The notes beneath the pieces were generated by a model that searched no databases, was not told the origin of the DNA, and worked only from the letters and a program-made list of their open reading frames with translations. 64,000 nucleotides of DNA from assembly GCA_963706285.1 (NCBI GenBank), contig CAVPLU010000010.1, forward strand, positions 64,001-128,000, written 5' to 3'. Within the stretch, counting starts at the first letter, position 1; each line of letters opens with the position of its first letter. Below, one piece after another: positions 28,146 to 38,317 of the stretch. The stretch comes from Candidatus Bathyarchaeota archaeon. Lineage in GTDB: Archaea; Thermoproteota; Bathyarchaeia; 40CM-2-53-6. Made by a program: the position numbers and the translations under genes.

Positions 28146-29756
28146 TCAGAGACCAAGGGCGTGGTAGAATACATTGACGTAACTCATGGCTACGTTTGGC
28201 CATATCATAGCTCTGCTGTACTCATAGGCCGTTCTGCCAAACCTCTGTTGAGTTTGATTGTCTTTGAGGAGCATATTCACCTGTTCAGCTATGGAGTCCG
28301 GATTCTTGAATTCGCATTTCAAGGCTGCACCATTAGATATCACTTCTTCGGCTTGAAGAAAGGGAGTTGTGGCAATGGCTCTGCCTGTGCTTAGAGCGTA
28401 TGAGAGTGTTCCGCTGCTGATCTGTTCTCGATTCGGGTATGGGAGAATATAGATGTCGGTCGCTTGAAGGTACCTTATCAACTCATTTTCTGCCAGAAAC
28501 CGATTTACGAATCTGACATTCTTCTCCAATCCAAGTGACTCGACCATATCTAAGAGCAGTTGTCGGTACGATTCGCCTTCGATTTTCCTGACTTCTGGGT
28601 GCGTCTCGCCGATAATGAGATACAGGATGGATGGATGCTCTTTCACTATCTGTGGGAGCGCTCTTATCGCATATTCTATTCCCTTTCCGCGACTCAGCAA
28701 CCCGAAAGTCGAGAGGACGACTCGATCGTTCAACCCCAGGCTTCGTTTTGTCATTTCAGTTCCAATGAAAGGCACATTTGGACATCCGTGAGGTATGTAT
28801 CGGATTCTATCCAAGTGAGTGCCATAGTGTTGTTCCAGTATTCCTATACCGGCCTTTGCCATCACAACAACAAAATCACTGTGTTCAAGAATTTGTTCCA
28901 ATACTGTCTTTGCATCGGGAGCCGGCTCCTCAAGGAGCGTGTGAAGAGTGGTAACAACGGGTTTCTCAATTCGTCCTAGGAGTTCAGTAACGTACTCGCC
29001 CCATTCTCCGCCGAATATGCCGTACTCGTGCTGCAGGTTTACAACATCTATGTCTGAAGCGTTGATGTACTGAGCGGCCTTCTCGTATGATTCTATGTCT
29101 ACGGCATCGATCTGAGACTTCACTCGAATCTCATAGTCATAGTGTCCGCCTCTATCGTTGACTGCAATGACAGCTGGAGATGTCACGGCTCGTGCACAAA
29201 ACGTGGAGCTAGCGTCGACTAGATGCTTAGTGTACGTTGCTATTCCACATTCGCGGGGGGGATATGTGCTCACGTACGCGACTCGTATTCTGTGGAGTTC
29301 ATGACCATCTTTCGTTTCAAGAGAACCTAGAGCTTTCGTCATGTAGTGACCGTGGGCGATCTCCAGCAATCTTCTTTCTGTGGTGAGGCCAACTAGGGCG
29401 CCCTCTTTTGTAATAATCAGCTTTCTGATGTTGTGCCTATGTAGCGTGTCCAAGGCATCTGCTATCGTTCGTTCAGCGTCAATCGTTACAAGATGTTTTG
29501 TCATTACGTCTCTGGCAAGTGTTAGTTCAGGGTTCTTCCCAGCTTTGATGACTCTTTCCAGCATGTCTTTTTCGGTGATTATCCCCACGGGTTGGTCGTT
29601 CTCAACAACCACAATGGACCCGACATCTTCCCTTGTCATCAAATCCATTACTGTTGAGGTTGTGTCCAGAGGAGAAACCGTGGGTGGTTCAGTTCTCATA
29701 TTGGTTTCTACAGATAGGCCAAGAATTTCCTTCAAGTATGAGCCTGATTCACCCAT
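28146..29756 (-). CDS. CBS-pair + GT4 glycosyltransferase fusion
   Basis: N-terminal CBS pair (PVGIITEKD, LVGLTTERR); STYPPRECGIATY, QHEYGIFGG, IPHG, FGLLSRGKGIEY, SSGTLSYA. Confidence 0.88.
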   Translation of the reverse strand: MGESGSYLKEILGLSVETNMRTEPPTVSPLDTTSTVMDLMTREDVGSIVVVENDQPVGIITEKDMLERVIKAGKNPELTLARDVMTKHLVTIDAERTIADALDTLHRHNIRKLIITKEGALVGLTTERRLLEIAHGHYMTKALGSLETKDGHELHRIRVAYVSTYPPRECGIATYTKHLVDASSTFCARAVTSPAVIAVNDRGGHYDYEIRVKSQIDAVDIESYEKAAQYINASDIDVVNLQHEYGIFGGEWGEYVTELLGRIEKPVVTTLHTLLEEPAPDAKTVLEQILEHSDFVVVMAKAGIGILEQHYGTHLDRIRYIPHGCPNVPFIGTEMTKRSLGLNDRVVLSTFGLLSRGKGIEYAIRALPQIVKEHPSILYLIIGETHPEVRKIEGESYRQLLLDMVESLGLEKNVRFVNRFLAENELIRYLQATDIYILPYPNREQISSGTLSYALSTGRAIATTPFLQAEEVISNGAALKCEFKNPDSIAEQVNMLLKDNQTQQRFGRTAYEYSRAMIWPNVAMSYVNVFYHALGL

Positions 29757-29897
29757 TTCTCTCGCTTAGCCTGTGGGGGATCTTGCTATTATCATAGTAG
29801 CCCGACTGGACAGAGGAAGATCCATCCCGGTTGCCTACCGTGTGTATGGTAGCTTGGTGAGCTCACACAAAACGGAGGTCTAAATCCGGTAAGTGCT

Positions 29898-30272
29898 CTA
29901 TTTCGAGCTATTCGCAAATCCTATCCCAAATCGCTCATGTAGCTTGTTGAGAACATTGGGTATTCCCTTTGATCCAAAGGTCAAGATCACTAACAATTCA
30001 TCCACATAGAACGCCATGAGATACAAACGTCCGTACGCGACAACAACAGACTTGAGATCTCCAATTCCCGCACCGACAGGTCTTCCCCAAAGCAAGCCCA
30101 TTATGGTCGGGAAAATGTGCAACGTCAGCTCGTCAGTGTTCTTATCCGTGAAACTTTCTACATCAGGCCGCTGAGCATTCTGCAATATGTTTCCTTGTTG
30201 ATCTGCTATCCCTACCCAGCGTATGTCTTCGTCAAGTCGGAACAGTTCTTCTACGAGTTCCTTGGCGTCCAA
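29898..30272 (-). CDS. Roadblock/profilin-like fold protein (DUF6659-like)
   Basis: D.DIRWVGIAD..G, IGDLKSVVVAY pattern. Confidence 0.6.
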   Translation of the reverse strand: MDAKELVEELFRLDEDIRWVGIADQQGNILQNAQRPDVESFTDKNTDELTLHIFPTIMGLLWGRPVGAGIGDLKSVVVAYGRLYLMAFYVDELLVILTFGSKGIPNVLNKLHERFGIGFANSSK

Positions 30273-30436
30273 GACTCTCTTCTCTCACATTCTGGTCACG
30301 AAAGACGGATAATGATTGCGCAACTCAGGGATGCTTTACGTCAAGCTTCGATACGACACGAAGTTGGGTCGTTAGGGATTCCCATTAACACTGATCGTTC
30401 GTCGCTCTTCAGTCTGGTGTCTGGCACTTCTCCCTG

Positions 30437-31268
30437 TCAGCTTCTCATGGGAGCATTTCTTTCTTCGCCTAGATGACTTGCTTCGTTCGTATGCTGCCCA
30501 AATGGCCTTTGAGATGACTGTGCGCAGACTTCCCTTCTCCAACTCGTATAGGGCCGCGGCGCTGGTTCCTCCTGGTGAAGTGACCATGTTACGCAATTCG
30601 GCTGGATGTTTGCCGGATTTCACCGCGAATATGATGGAGCCCCGCATGGTCTCAGTAACCAACTCGTAAGCGATGTGGCGAGGAAATCCGAGGTGGACCG
30701 CCGCATCGATCATTGCCTCCATAACCAGAAGAACATAGGTGGGGCCTGTGCCGCTGACGGCGGTAGCCATGTCCAGGAACTTCTCATCATTCACGTAGAT
30801 TTCTTTGCCCAAAGCTTGTAGAATGGTTCTCGTTTGGGCGAGTTGATTTTGGTCTACTTCGGGTGTGGCAGTCCATACGCTTATGCCTTCACTGATCTGT
30901 GCTGGTGTGTTAGGCATCACTCGCACGACAGCATTGTGCGCTAGTCCTTCGCTGATGGTGCCGATTTTGGCCCCGGCCACGATGGATATCACCATTTGTC
31001 CACGTTGCAGCAAGCCTTTCAGTTCGGCAAGAACACTGCCTAGGTCCTGAGGTTTCACTGAGAGGACTATAATCTTGCAAGATCGGGCAGCTTCAGGATT
31101 CTTTGCGGCGACATTGACGCCATGCTTCTGCTGCAATTCCTCGCGACGTTTCTGGCGGGGTTCGCTGACTGTTACATTCTTGGGGTCCACTAGCTTCTTT
31201 GAAAGAAGTGCCTGAATCATGGCCTCGGCCATGATTCCTCCACCGACGAATGAAACGGAGTCTAGCAA
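30437..31268 (-). CDS. proC: Pyrroline-5-carboxylate reductase; one-base insertion near 30475 alters the tail
   Basis: FVGGGIMA, LSVKPQ, SIVAG, RVMPNTP, SGTGPTY, VTSPGGTS; repaired tail ..ERSK(H/Y)LGEERNAPMRS. Confidence 0.92.
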
Positions 31269-31425
31269 TGTGCTTCCTTCCCGTCTTCGATGGTTGCTAG
31301 AAGGGCGCGGAGCCTGCACATATGGATGACGCTGTCACGATTGAGAATCGGGCAAAGCCCACTGGAATCCAGCGTCAGGGGTGAGGCGATCATAGAAGTC
31401 CAATTCTGCTTACAGGAGGTGTATG

Positions 31426-32301
31426 TTAGAGGTTGATCAGTACGATACCGCCGATCGCTAGGATCGCCCCTAAGATCACTCTCTTGTTCATTCTTTCTGA
31501 CGTTGGTATGACCGCGTATGCGAGAAGCACGGTGACAAGAGACTTCAGGTTGTATGTTGGGACAACGTAGATTGTGGGTGCAAGGGACAACGCGGCAAAA
31601 AGTGTCACTTGACCGACGGCGCTAAGAAAGGATCCGCTGACAAGCTGTCTACTTCGTCTCATGTCTACGAGCATGCTCGCTCTCTTATCCCTCGGTATCA
31701 GATAGAAGGCTGTTAGCAGTAGAGGAATTCCGCTTGCGATGGATAGTGCCGTCATCGGGAGTCTGATCGTGGCGAAACCAAATCGCGTCAAGAAGTTGGT
31801 TACGGACCATCCTAAACCCGCAAGGAGTGCATACGCGATGCCCTTCCGCCATATCCATTCGCCGCTTCTGATCTCGGATGTGGACACAGTGAATATGCCA
31901 GCCCCAGCCAAGATGACTCCTGCAGTCACGGTGATAGTGGATGGCTCGCCCAGCAAAGCCATCCCCAGGAAAGGAGTCACAACGACTGAGATATTGGACA
32001 CGACGCTGGTCCTGGACGCTCCAACCGAATCTATGCCCAAGTAGTACAAGGTCATCGCCATGGGAAAGTGGAGCAAGCCCACTATCGTCCAAAGTGCTAC
32101 GTCGGCAAGAGTGAATCGATCCCACAAAGCCGATTCGTAGAAGATAGCTACGATGAATGAAATGATGAATGTGGCTGCGATAGTTGCAAAGAGCCCATGG
32201 ACTGGTCTAGTTGTCTCAAAGGCTTTCCTAAGCAGTATCTCCCGGCTACCCCACGCGAGAGCTGTAGTTAATGCAAGAAGGATGCCGACCGTCACGTCCA
32301 T
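31426..32301 (-). CDS. EamA/DMT family transporter
   Basis: About ten TM segments in two repeats, LLGE motif. Confidence 0.85.
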   Translation of the reverse strand: MDVTVGILLALTTALAWGSREILLRKAFETTRPVHGLFATIAATFIISFIVAIFYESALWDRFTLADVALWTIVGLLHFPMAMTLYYLGIDSVGASRTSVVSNISVVVTPFLGMALLGEPSTITVTAGVILAGAGIFTVSTSEIRSGEWIWRKGIAYALLAGLGWSVTNFLTRFGFATIRLPMTALSIASGIPLLLTAFYLIPRDKRASMLVDMRRSRQLVSGSFLSAVGQVTLFAALSLAPTIYVVPTYNLKSLVTVLLAYAVIPTSERMNKRVILGAILAIGGIVLINL

Positions 32302-32331
32302 GATAATCCGCCGGATTTCGGGTAACTCGAT

Positions 32332-33390
32332 TTAAGAGCGTGGATTCTGAGGTTGCCTTGCAGTTTTCTTTGCGTTTATGTAATAGACATTCCAGTCAAA
32401 GACGAAACTGCTTCCTTTGACAAAGCTTTGGAGGCCTTCTCTCAAATCGGAGAGGAAGAGTCTACGTTCAGTAGCAGACATTTCCGAGATCTCGTGCCTT
32501 ATGGTGGCGCGGCACAGTCTCATCTGCACGTAGTCTCTGATCCCTTTCATGTGCACTCTGTATCGTCGGTTCCTGAGGTATGCTTTTCCAAACCCCGCGT
32601 CGAGTACCATCTCGAGTTGTCTCTGGGAGCTGAGCGAACGGTGATAACTTTCCATTCGAGCGAGTGCAGACCTCTCGCGAGCCAATTCCGGGGAGGGGGT
32701 TCCAGTCCGATGTCTGCTGAGAACTTCCCCGAATATCCGGTGAGGTTTGACATCAATTAGATGCCAATCGTTGAACACCAAAATGCCACCTGGCTTGAGG
32801 ACCCTCAGGATCTCTTTCAGGCCGCTGCCGACATCGGAAATGGCAATGCCACAGTTGGAGATTGCGAGATCAAAGAATCCGTCTGGAAAATGCAGTTCTT
32901 CGCCGCTCATCTTGATGAACTTAGCATTGTGAAAGCCGACTTTGATGGCTTTCCTTCGAGCAAGCGTGATCATTGCTTCTGATCTATCAATCCCCACGAC
33001 CACACCCACAGAACGGACCGCCCTACAGATTTCAATGGCTGCAACTCCGGAACCCGTTCCCAAGTCGAGAACTACGTCTCTTGATGACGGAGAAGCAATC
33101 CTGACAAGATCTTTCGCAAAGAGTCTGAAAACGGGCACCCAGTATTTCTCCCAGACAACTGCGTCCTCTTCCCAAAGAGACTCCAAGACTGAGTCAGCTT
33201 CGGTGAGGGTAATTCCCCAACGATCTTCAGGTCTCGCAGGTCCAATTGCGCCACTGGTAGCCGTTGATTCCGGTCCTGACGAGTTAGTTTGCGGCAAGTC
33301 TGATCGTGACCTTCCGGGCGATTTCAGGAAGAAGTAATGCGTTGCATATGCTTTAGTGTTCGCTTGTTTGCGGGGCAGGAGCGACGGCAT
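32332..33390 (-). CDS. Class I SAM-dependent methyltransferase (true start probably downstream of the track start)
   Basis: VLDLGTGSG, GIDRSEAM, FPDGFFD, RVLKPGG. Confidence 0.85.
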   Translation of the reverse strand: MPSLLPRKQANTKAYATHYFFLKSPGRSRSDLPQTNSSGPESTATSGAIGPARPEDRWGITLTEADSVLESLWEEDAVVWEKYWVPVFRLFAKDLVRIASPSSRDVVLDLGTGSGVAAIEICRAVRSVGVVVGIDRSEAMITLARRKAIKVGFHNAKFIKMSGEELHFPDGFFDLAISNCGIAISDVGSGLKEILRVLKPGGILVFNDWHLIDVKPHRIFGEVLSRHRTGTPSPELARERSALARMESYHRSLSSQRQLEMVLDAGFGKAYLRNRRYRVHMKGIRDYVQMRLCRATIRHEISEMSATERRLFLSDLREGLQSFVKGSSFVFDWNVYYINAKKTARQPQNPRS

Positions 33391-33457
33391 CGTTGCTTTG
33401 GAGCCTAGATAGTCATTTATTCTCGGTTTGGGCTGCTCGATTTGAGAGGGACACGGT

Positions 33458-34741
33458 CTGTTTGATCAGCATGCTCAACTGCTGAAACCCAAGCAACTCA
33501 GGAAAATCCAGCAAGAGAGAATCAGGAAGACTGTGCAGTATGCTTACAGGAACGTTCCATTTTATCGGAGACGCTTCGACGAGGCTCAAGTGAAGCCTGA
33601 ATCGATCAAGACGCTTGACGATGTTGCGAAGATACCGTTCACTGTCAAGACGGATCTCAGAGACAACTACCCCCTAGGCATCCTCGCGGTTCCACCACGT
33701 CGCTTGTACTGTCTACATGCGTCATCTGGAACCACTGGAAAACCCATTGTGGTTGCGTACACGCGCAGAGATCTTGAGTGTTGGACTAGACTGATGGGCA
33801 GAACTTTTGACGTTGCCGGCGTTAGAAAGGGCGATATCGTCCAGAACATGTACGGCTACGGGCTCTTTACAGGTGGACTTGGCTTCCATTATGGCGCCAG
33901 AGCGGTCGGTGCAACCGTCGTGCCATCGAGTGTCGGTAACACTAAACGACAAATGATGCTAATGAAAGACCTCCGGAGCACTGTGGCTGCATGCACACCA
34001 TCTTACATGGTCTACCTATGCGAAGCAAGCCGCGCTGAAGGCTACAGCCCGAGAACCGATTTTGTGCTCAAGATCGGCCTCTTCGGCGCGGAACCGTGGA
34101 GCGAAGAAGCACGAAAACGAATTGAGGACACGTTCGGGCTCCGAGCCCACGATTGTTTCGGCATGTCCGAACTGTATGGCCCTGGCGTGGCGATCGAGTG
34201 CGATCAAAGGAATGGGCTACATGTTTGGGGCGACGAATTCTTGGTCGAGACGATCAATCCCGACACTGGTGAAGTTCTTGAGCCAGGCAGTGAAGGCGAA
34301 CTTGTTTTCACGATGCTTTCGCGAGAGGCGATGCCTCTACTTCGCTACCGCACACGAGATCTCTCAAGAGTCTTCGAGGAAGAATGCGCATGCGGCAGAT
34401 ATCACAGTCGCATTCAGCGTATAAAGGGACGAAGTGATGACATGCTCATTATCGGTGGCGTGAACATTTTTCCGAGCCAAGTGGAGCATGTGTTGATGAA
34501 TGTTCGCGGACTTGGAGATCAGTACCAGATAGTTGTATCCCACGAGGAGCTTGACCGATTGGCTGTGAAAGTCGAAGCTCCTAAGGGTAGATTGAACGAT
34601 CCCGAGCTCTTGAAAAAGGTTCAGACTGATCTTTTTGCCACTCTAGGAATACGCACAAGAGTCGAGCTTGTTGAGGAAGGCTCTCTTCCACGCTTGGAAG
34701 GCAAGGCAAAGCGTGTTGTCGATCTTCGACCAAAGGAGTAG
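33458..34741 (+). CDS. paaK: Phenylacetate-CoA ligase family; homology starts near 33458 (CTG)
   Basis: HASSGTTGKP, GYGLFTGGLG, GAEPWSE, GMSE, RYRTRD, GRSDDM, GKAKRVVD. Confidence 0.9.
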   Translation: MFDQHAQLLKPKQLRKIQQERIRKTVQYAYRNVPFYRRRFDEAQVKPESIKTLDDVAKIPFTVKTDLRDNYPLGILAVPPRRLYCLHASSGTTGKPIVVAYTRRDLECWTRLMGRTFDVAGVRKGDIVQNMYGYGLFTGGLGFHYGARAVGATVVPSSVGNTKRQMMLMKDLRSTVAACTPSYMVYLCEASRAEGYSPRTDFVLKIGLFGAEPWSEEARKRIEDTFGLRAHDCFGMSELYGPGVAIECDQRNGLHVWGDEFLVETINPDTGEVLEPGSEGELVFTMLSREAMPLLRYRTRDLSRVFEEECACGRYHSRIQRIKGRSDDMLIIGGVNIFPSQVEHVLMNVRGLGDQYQIVVSHEELDRLAVKVEAPKGRLNDPELLKKVQTDLFATLGIRTRVELVEEGSLPRLEGKAKRVVDLRPKE

Positions 34742-34760
34742 TCTCTGAGGTAATACTGGT

Positions 34761-36386
34761 TTGAGAAGACCTTCAATAGGCCTAACGCTATTTGTCGCCT
34801 TGATTTTCGTAGGCGCCTTTCTCAATCTGAAGTTCGTCCTTGCAATTCTCGCGCTGATCGTCGTGTTCGTAGGAATTGTCGAGTTCCGCCAATCAGGATC
34901 CACCATGGCAATCGTGAGTCTGGCGTTGGTTCTGGTTCTAGCAATTGGTTACTTCAACACCAACCCGCTGGTGGCGGCTGGCGCTGCGATCTATGGTATC
35001 TTCAAGTCTTTCGGCATAACGATCTCAGTACTCGCAACAATCCTGATGATCTTGCTAATGAGCGAGGTTAAGGCACTAGAGAGGATTTCCGTTGCGGTAA
35101 GAGCTGCGGCCACGACAAAGGAACAACAAGCTCTCTTCCTAAGTGTAGGGTTTGGGTCTTTCGCGACCTCGCTCGGAGTTGTGACGCCGTCGCTTCTTCC
35201 GCCTTTATTGATTGCGATGGAGTTTTCACCATTCGTTGCGATAGCGCTCTCAGTGCTTGGGTACAATGCAACCACATCTTACGCGCTCCTTTCGGTCCCA
35301 ATTAGCATGCCCGCGGACGTTTTCAAACTCGACGTGTTTATGCTCGTCTACAAGGTGAATATCTTTCTTCCAGTTGTTTCAGTTCTGGTATCAATCGCGA
35401 TGTTGTGGGTAGTCGGGCGCGGATCATCCGTCAGGAAAGGCCTAGTTCCAGCAATCCTAGCAGGCCTTTCGATTGGACTCTCATGTCTTCTCTTTGGATT
35501 TCTGCAGGTGCCGATCATGCTGATCGGAGTCTTAGCCGGGCTCGTCGGCATGCTCGTGCTCTACCTACTGCGGAACATTACAACTGCGACCGCGCGAGCT
35601 TCTGAACCGATCGATCGATCAGAGACACTGAAGGCACTCAGTCCGTGGTTCATTCTAATAGTTCTGGCATTGATGGTTAGTGTTCCCCAAGTTACAGACT
35701 GGCTTAGGCGCCTCGACGGACCCATTTTCTGGATCTTCGACAGACCCTTAGATTTGGATGCATTTGCTCAAGTCTACACTTGGATCTTCGTAGCAACCGT
35801 ACTATCGTTACCTATTCTGAAACCGACTCGACAGCAACTAAGAAAGACTGTAAATCTCTGGTTGAAGAGAATCCTGCAGCCATTCATCGCTTATGCTTTG
35901 TTCTTCGGAGTTGCGTATGTTATGGCGTGGAGCGCGATGGATCTCGCGAACGGCGCTATAGTTCCCACGAGCACGTTCGCAAGCATGAACATGAACAATG
36001 TAGTGGGGTTGACTTTGGCCGCGGTTTTCGGTTCAATGTTTGTGTTTGTCGCGCCTTGGCTGGGGCTCTTCGGAGCAGTCGTCGGAGGTTCTGAAGCAAG
36101 CTCAAACGTGATGTTCTTCCCGATCCAGCATAAAGCCGTGGAAGGCGTAGGTCTTACCGGCGCCGGACAGAATAGCTCAGCTTTCATGACTATCTACGGG
36201 TCCCACGCAAACGCAGGAGGCATCGCTTCAGCGATAACTCCGTCAAAGATCAACAATGCGGCCACAACGATCGGAGCGGACGCGAAGCTCGAAAGCGAGG
36301 TTATGAGAAGCAATCTTCCGATCGTGCTCGTGATCACATTTATTGTCGGACTTCTAACGGGCCTGTTCATCATGTTTGGGATCTAG
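34761..36386 (+). CDS. L-lactate permease family transporter
   Basis: Multiple TMs; GGSEASSNVMF, GGIASAITPSKI resemble the LctP C-terminus. Confidence 0.75.
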   Translation: MRRPSIGLTLFVALIFVGAFLNLKFVLAILALIVVFVGIVEFRQSGSTMAIVSLALVLVLAIGYFNTNPLVAAGAAIYGIFKSFGITISVLATILMILLMSEVKALERISVAVRAAATTKEQQALFLSVGFGSFATSLGVVTPSLLPPLLIAMEFSPFVAIALSVLGYNATTSYALLSVPISMPADVFKLDVFMLVYKVNIFLPVVSVLVSIAMLWVVGRGSSVRKGLVPAILAGLSIGLSCLLFGFLQVPIMLIGVLAGLVGMLVLYLLRNITTATARASEPIDRSETLKALSPWFILIVLALMVSVPQVTDWLRRLDGPIFWIFDRPLDLDAFAQVYTWIFVATVLSLPILKPTRQQLRKTVNLWLKRILQPFIAYALFFGVAYVMAWSAMDLANGAIVPTSTFASMNMNNVVGLTLAAVFGSMFVFVAPWLGLFGAVVGGSEASSNVMFFPIQHKAVEGVGLTGAGQNSSAFMTIYGSHANAGGIASAITPSKINNAATTIGADAKLESEVMRSNLPIVLVITFIVGLLTGLFIMFGI

Positions 36387-36466
36387 AAGCAAAGCGAACC
36401 ATGGCACAGCGATGTGAAGCGCTAGTCCTTTATCATATGTCGCAGTCTCCTCAACGGATGATCAAG

Positions 36467-37054
36467 ATGGACTATTTTGAAACAGTGAAAACCAGACAAT
36501 CAATCCGAGCATTTCAGAAGAAACCCGTAGAAGAAGAGAAAATCCTTAGGATTATCGAAGCTCTCAACTTGGCGCCGTCGGCAGGCAATTTGCAGGCATA
36601 CGAAGTCGTGGTTGTCAAGGATCCGATGCTCAGAGATCAGCTGGCGAAGGCAGCTTCGGGGGAAGGTTTTGTTTCAGAAGCGCCTGTCTGTTTTGTCTTC
36701 TTGACGTATCCTGAACGCTCATCCAAGAAATATGGACACAGAGGTTCTGAGTTATACTCTCTCCAAGACGCGACGATAGCCACCACATGCGCGATGTTTG
36801 CAGCTACGGCGCTCGGGTTGTCATCGACATGGGTTGGAGCATTTAATGAGGAAGCGGCGGCTAGAGTGGTTGGTGCACGGAGAGAAGAACGCGTTGTCGC
36901 GATTTTGCCAATTGGCTACGCGGCTGAGACTCCGGAAATGACTTCCAGGAGACCCATCAGCGATGGTGTATTCTTAGACACTTGCGGGGCGTCGTACCCG
37001 TTCTCATACACAGATGAGAGTTACAAGAGGTCGACTCGGAAAACTAAAGGCTAG
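36467..37054 (+). CDS. Nitroreductase family protein
   Basis: RQSIRAF, APSAGNLQ, GLSSTWVGAF, IGY. Confidence 0.9.
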   Translation: MDYFETVKTRQSIRAFQKKPVEEEKILRIIEALNLAPSAGNLQAYEVVVVKDPMLRDQLAKAASGEGFVSEAPVCFVFLTYPERSSKKYGHRGSELYSLQDATIATTCAMFAATALGLSSTWVGAFNEEAAARVVGARREERVVAILPIGYAAETPEMTSRRPISDGVFLDTCGASYPFSYTDESYKRSTRKTKG

Positions 37055-38106
37055 ACTTCTCTGAACAGGAACGGGTTGAGACATTTCATCTTCTCACGCC
37101 AAGTCTCCGGGTGGAGTAGTCGTTCCGTCGCGGCTACGCTGCTCAGCAAGCTGTTGCCATCTTGCGGAGTGAAACTGAAGCCTACAACTTCTCCATGCTC
37201 CCTGACGGATAACGTAGGAAGAACGATTGTGGTTTGGTTGAGTATACGTCCGTAGTGTCCGTGGTCACGGCCAAACGAGAACACCAGTGCAGTTTGGTCC
37301 TTGTATGTAGTAGCGACGAACGGGTTTGCGCGAATTCGCGCGACTACCTCTTCATGCGTGATGGGTTCCTCGAGCTTCAATGAGAACCAGATTGAATGCA
37401 TATACTGGGTTGGAATCTTGATGCTGCTTGAGAACAGGTTGAGATCACAGCCCATCGTCTGGAAGAGCGCATGTGCATCGCGGGCATGATGTGTTCCAAA
37501 GCGCTCGTTCTTGTGAGCGTCAACTTGTGGACTGGCTGTGAAACCTTTCTCTTCGCTGAGATCTGAGGCACGACGCATACAAACAAACCTGCCCTCCTTA
37601 AGGTGGGAACTCTCGCCTTCGAATGCGAGTGTCTTGATGATCGCTGCGACATTGTGCGTATTGCATGAGGCGACTTGCACATACCTGTGAGTGTCGGATA
37701 GAATGTTATCATTTATGCCATGAGCATAGATGGGTCCGAATCCGAACTCTGAACCCTGGGCAATAAAACCACGCGGGCCATCGATCTTCTCATAATATTT
37801 TCTCTTGTTGTCTAGACCTGTTCCCGATGGAGTGCAATCGATGACCGCGGTCGCTCGACGCATTCCGTCTTCGTACTCGTAGGTGGGTTCCATTTCGAGT
37901 TCTTGAAAGGTCCTCCACTTCTCCTTCTCTGCGCACAGCTTAGCATCTCTCTTGAGAAGATCCCAGACCTTCGTTCGATCAGTCAGGAGCGGGGTTCGCT
38001 TCGAGAACGTTACCTCATCGATCCCTAGTTCTTTTCTGAAGTCTGCAAGAAGGCCGATCAGTGGTTCGCCTATCGTTCCGGTTCCTACGACATGAACGAT
38101 ATTCAA
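37051..38106 (-). CDS. Divergent archaeal type II GAPDH-like NAD(P)-dependent oxidoreductase
   Basis: VVGTGTIG Rossmann motif, IDCTPSG, QGSE, SCNTH catalytic Cys, RRA.D, THHARD. Confidence 0.7.
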   Translation of the reverse strand: MNIVHVVGTGTIGEPLIGLLADFRKELGIDEVTFSKRTPLLTDRTKVWDLLKRDAKLCAEKEKWRTFQELEMEPTYEYEDGMRRATAVIDCTPSGTGLDNKRKYYEKIDGPRGFIAQGSEFGFGPIYAHGINDNILSDTHRYVQVASCNTHNVAAIIKTLAFEGESSHLKEGRFVCMRRASDLSEEKGFTASPQVDAHKNERFGTHHARDAHALFQTMGCDLNLFSSSIKIPTQYMHSIWFSLKLEEPITHEEVVARIRANPFVATTYKDQTALVFSFGRDHGHYGRILNQTTIVLPTLSVREHGEVVGFSFTPQDGNSLLSSVAATERLLHPETWREKMKCLNPFLFREV

Positions 38107-38220
38107 GAGCTAGATTCCGAGGTCATGTTCGACTCATGCGAGATAAAACTGCTTCTATGTTCCTGAGCGCAGACCGGAGAAAACCGTTATCACATGGGAT
38201 GAACATGCTTAACGCGCTCG

Positions 38221-38317
38221 GGGCCGGTAGTTCAGCTGGTTAGAAAGCCCAAAGCTTGGCTTGAACGTCGGCTTTACACGCCGAAGGTCGCCGGTTCGAT
38301 CCCGGTCCGGCCCACCA
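38221..38317 (+). tRNA. tRNA-Val(TAC) with ~20-nt non-canonical D-arm intron (~38243-38262) and encoded CCA
   Basis: Acceptor GGGCCGG/CCGGCCC, anticodon arm TCGGC-TTTACAC-GCCGA, T-arm GCCGG-TTCGATC-CCGGT; removing the intron gives 77 nt with D-stem GTTC/GAAC. Confidence 0.92.

Noticed and set aside
29810-29885. RNase P-like GAGGAAGATCC ... ACAAAACGGAGGTCTA
   Set aside because: Only ~40 nt between the words, too short even for minimal RNase P RNAs, and P4 pairing is poor
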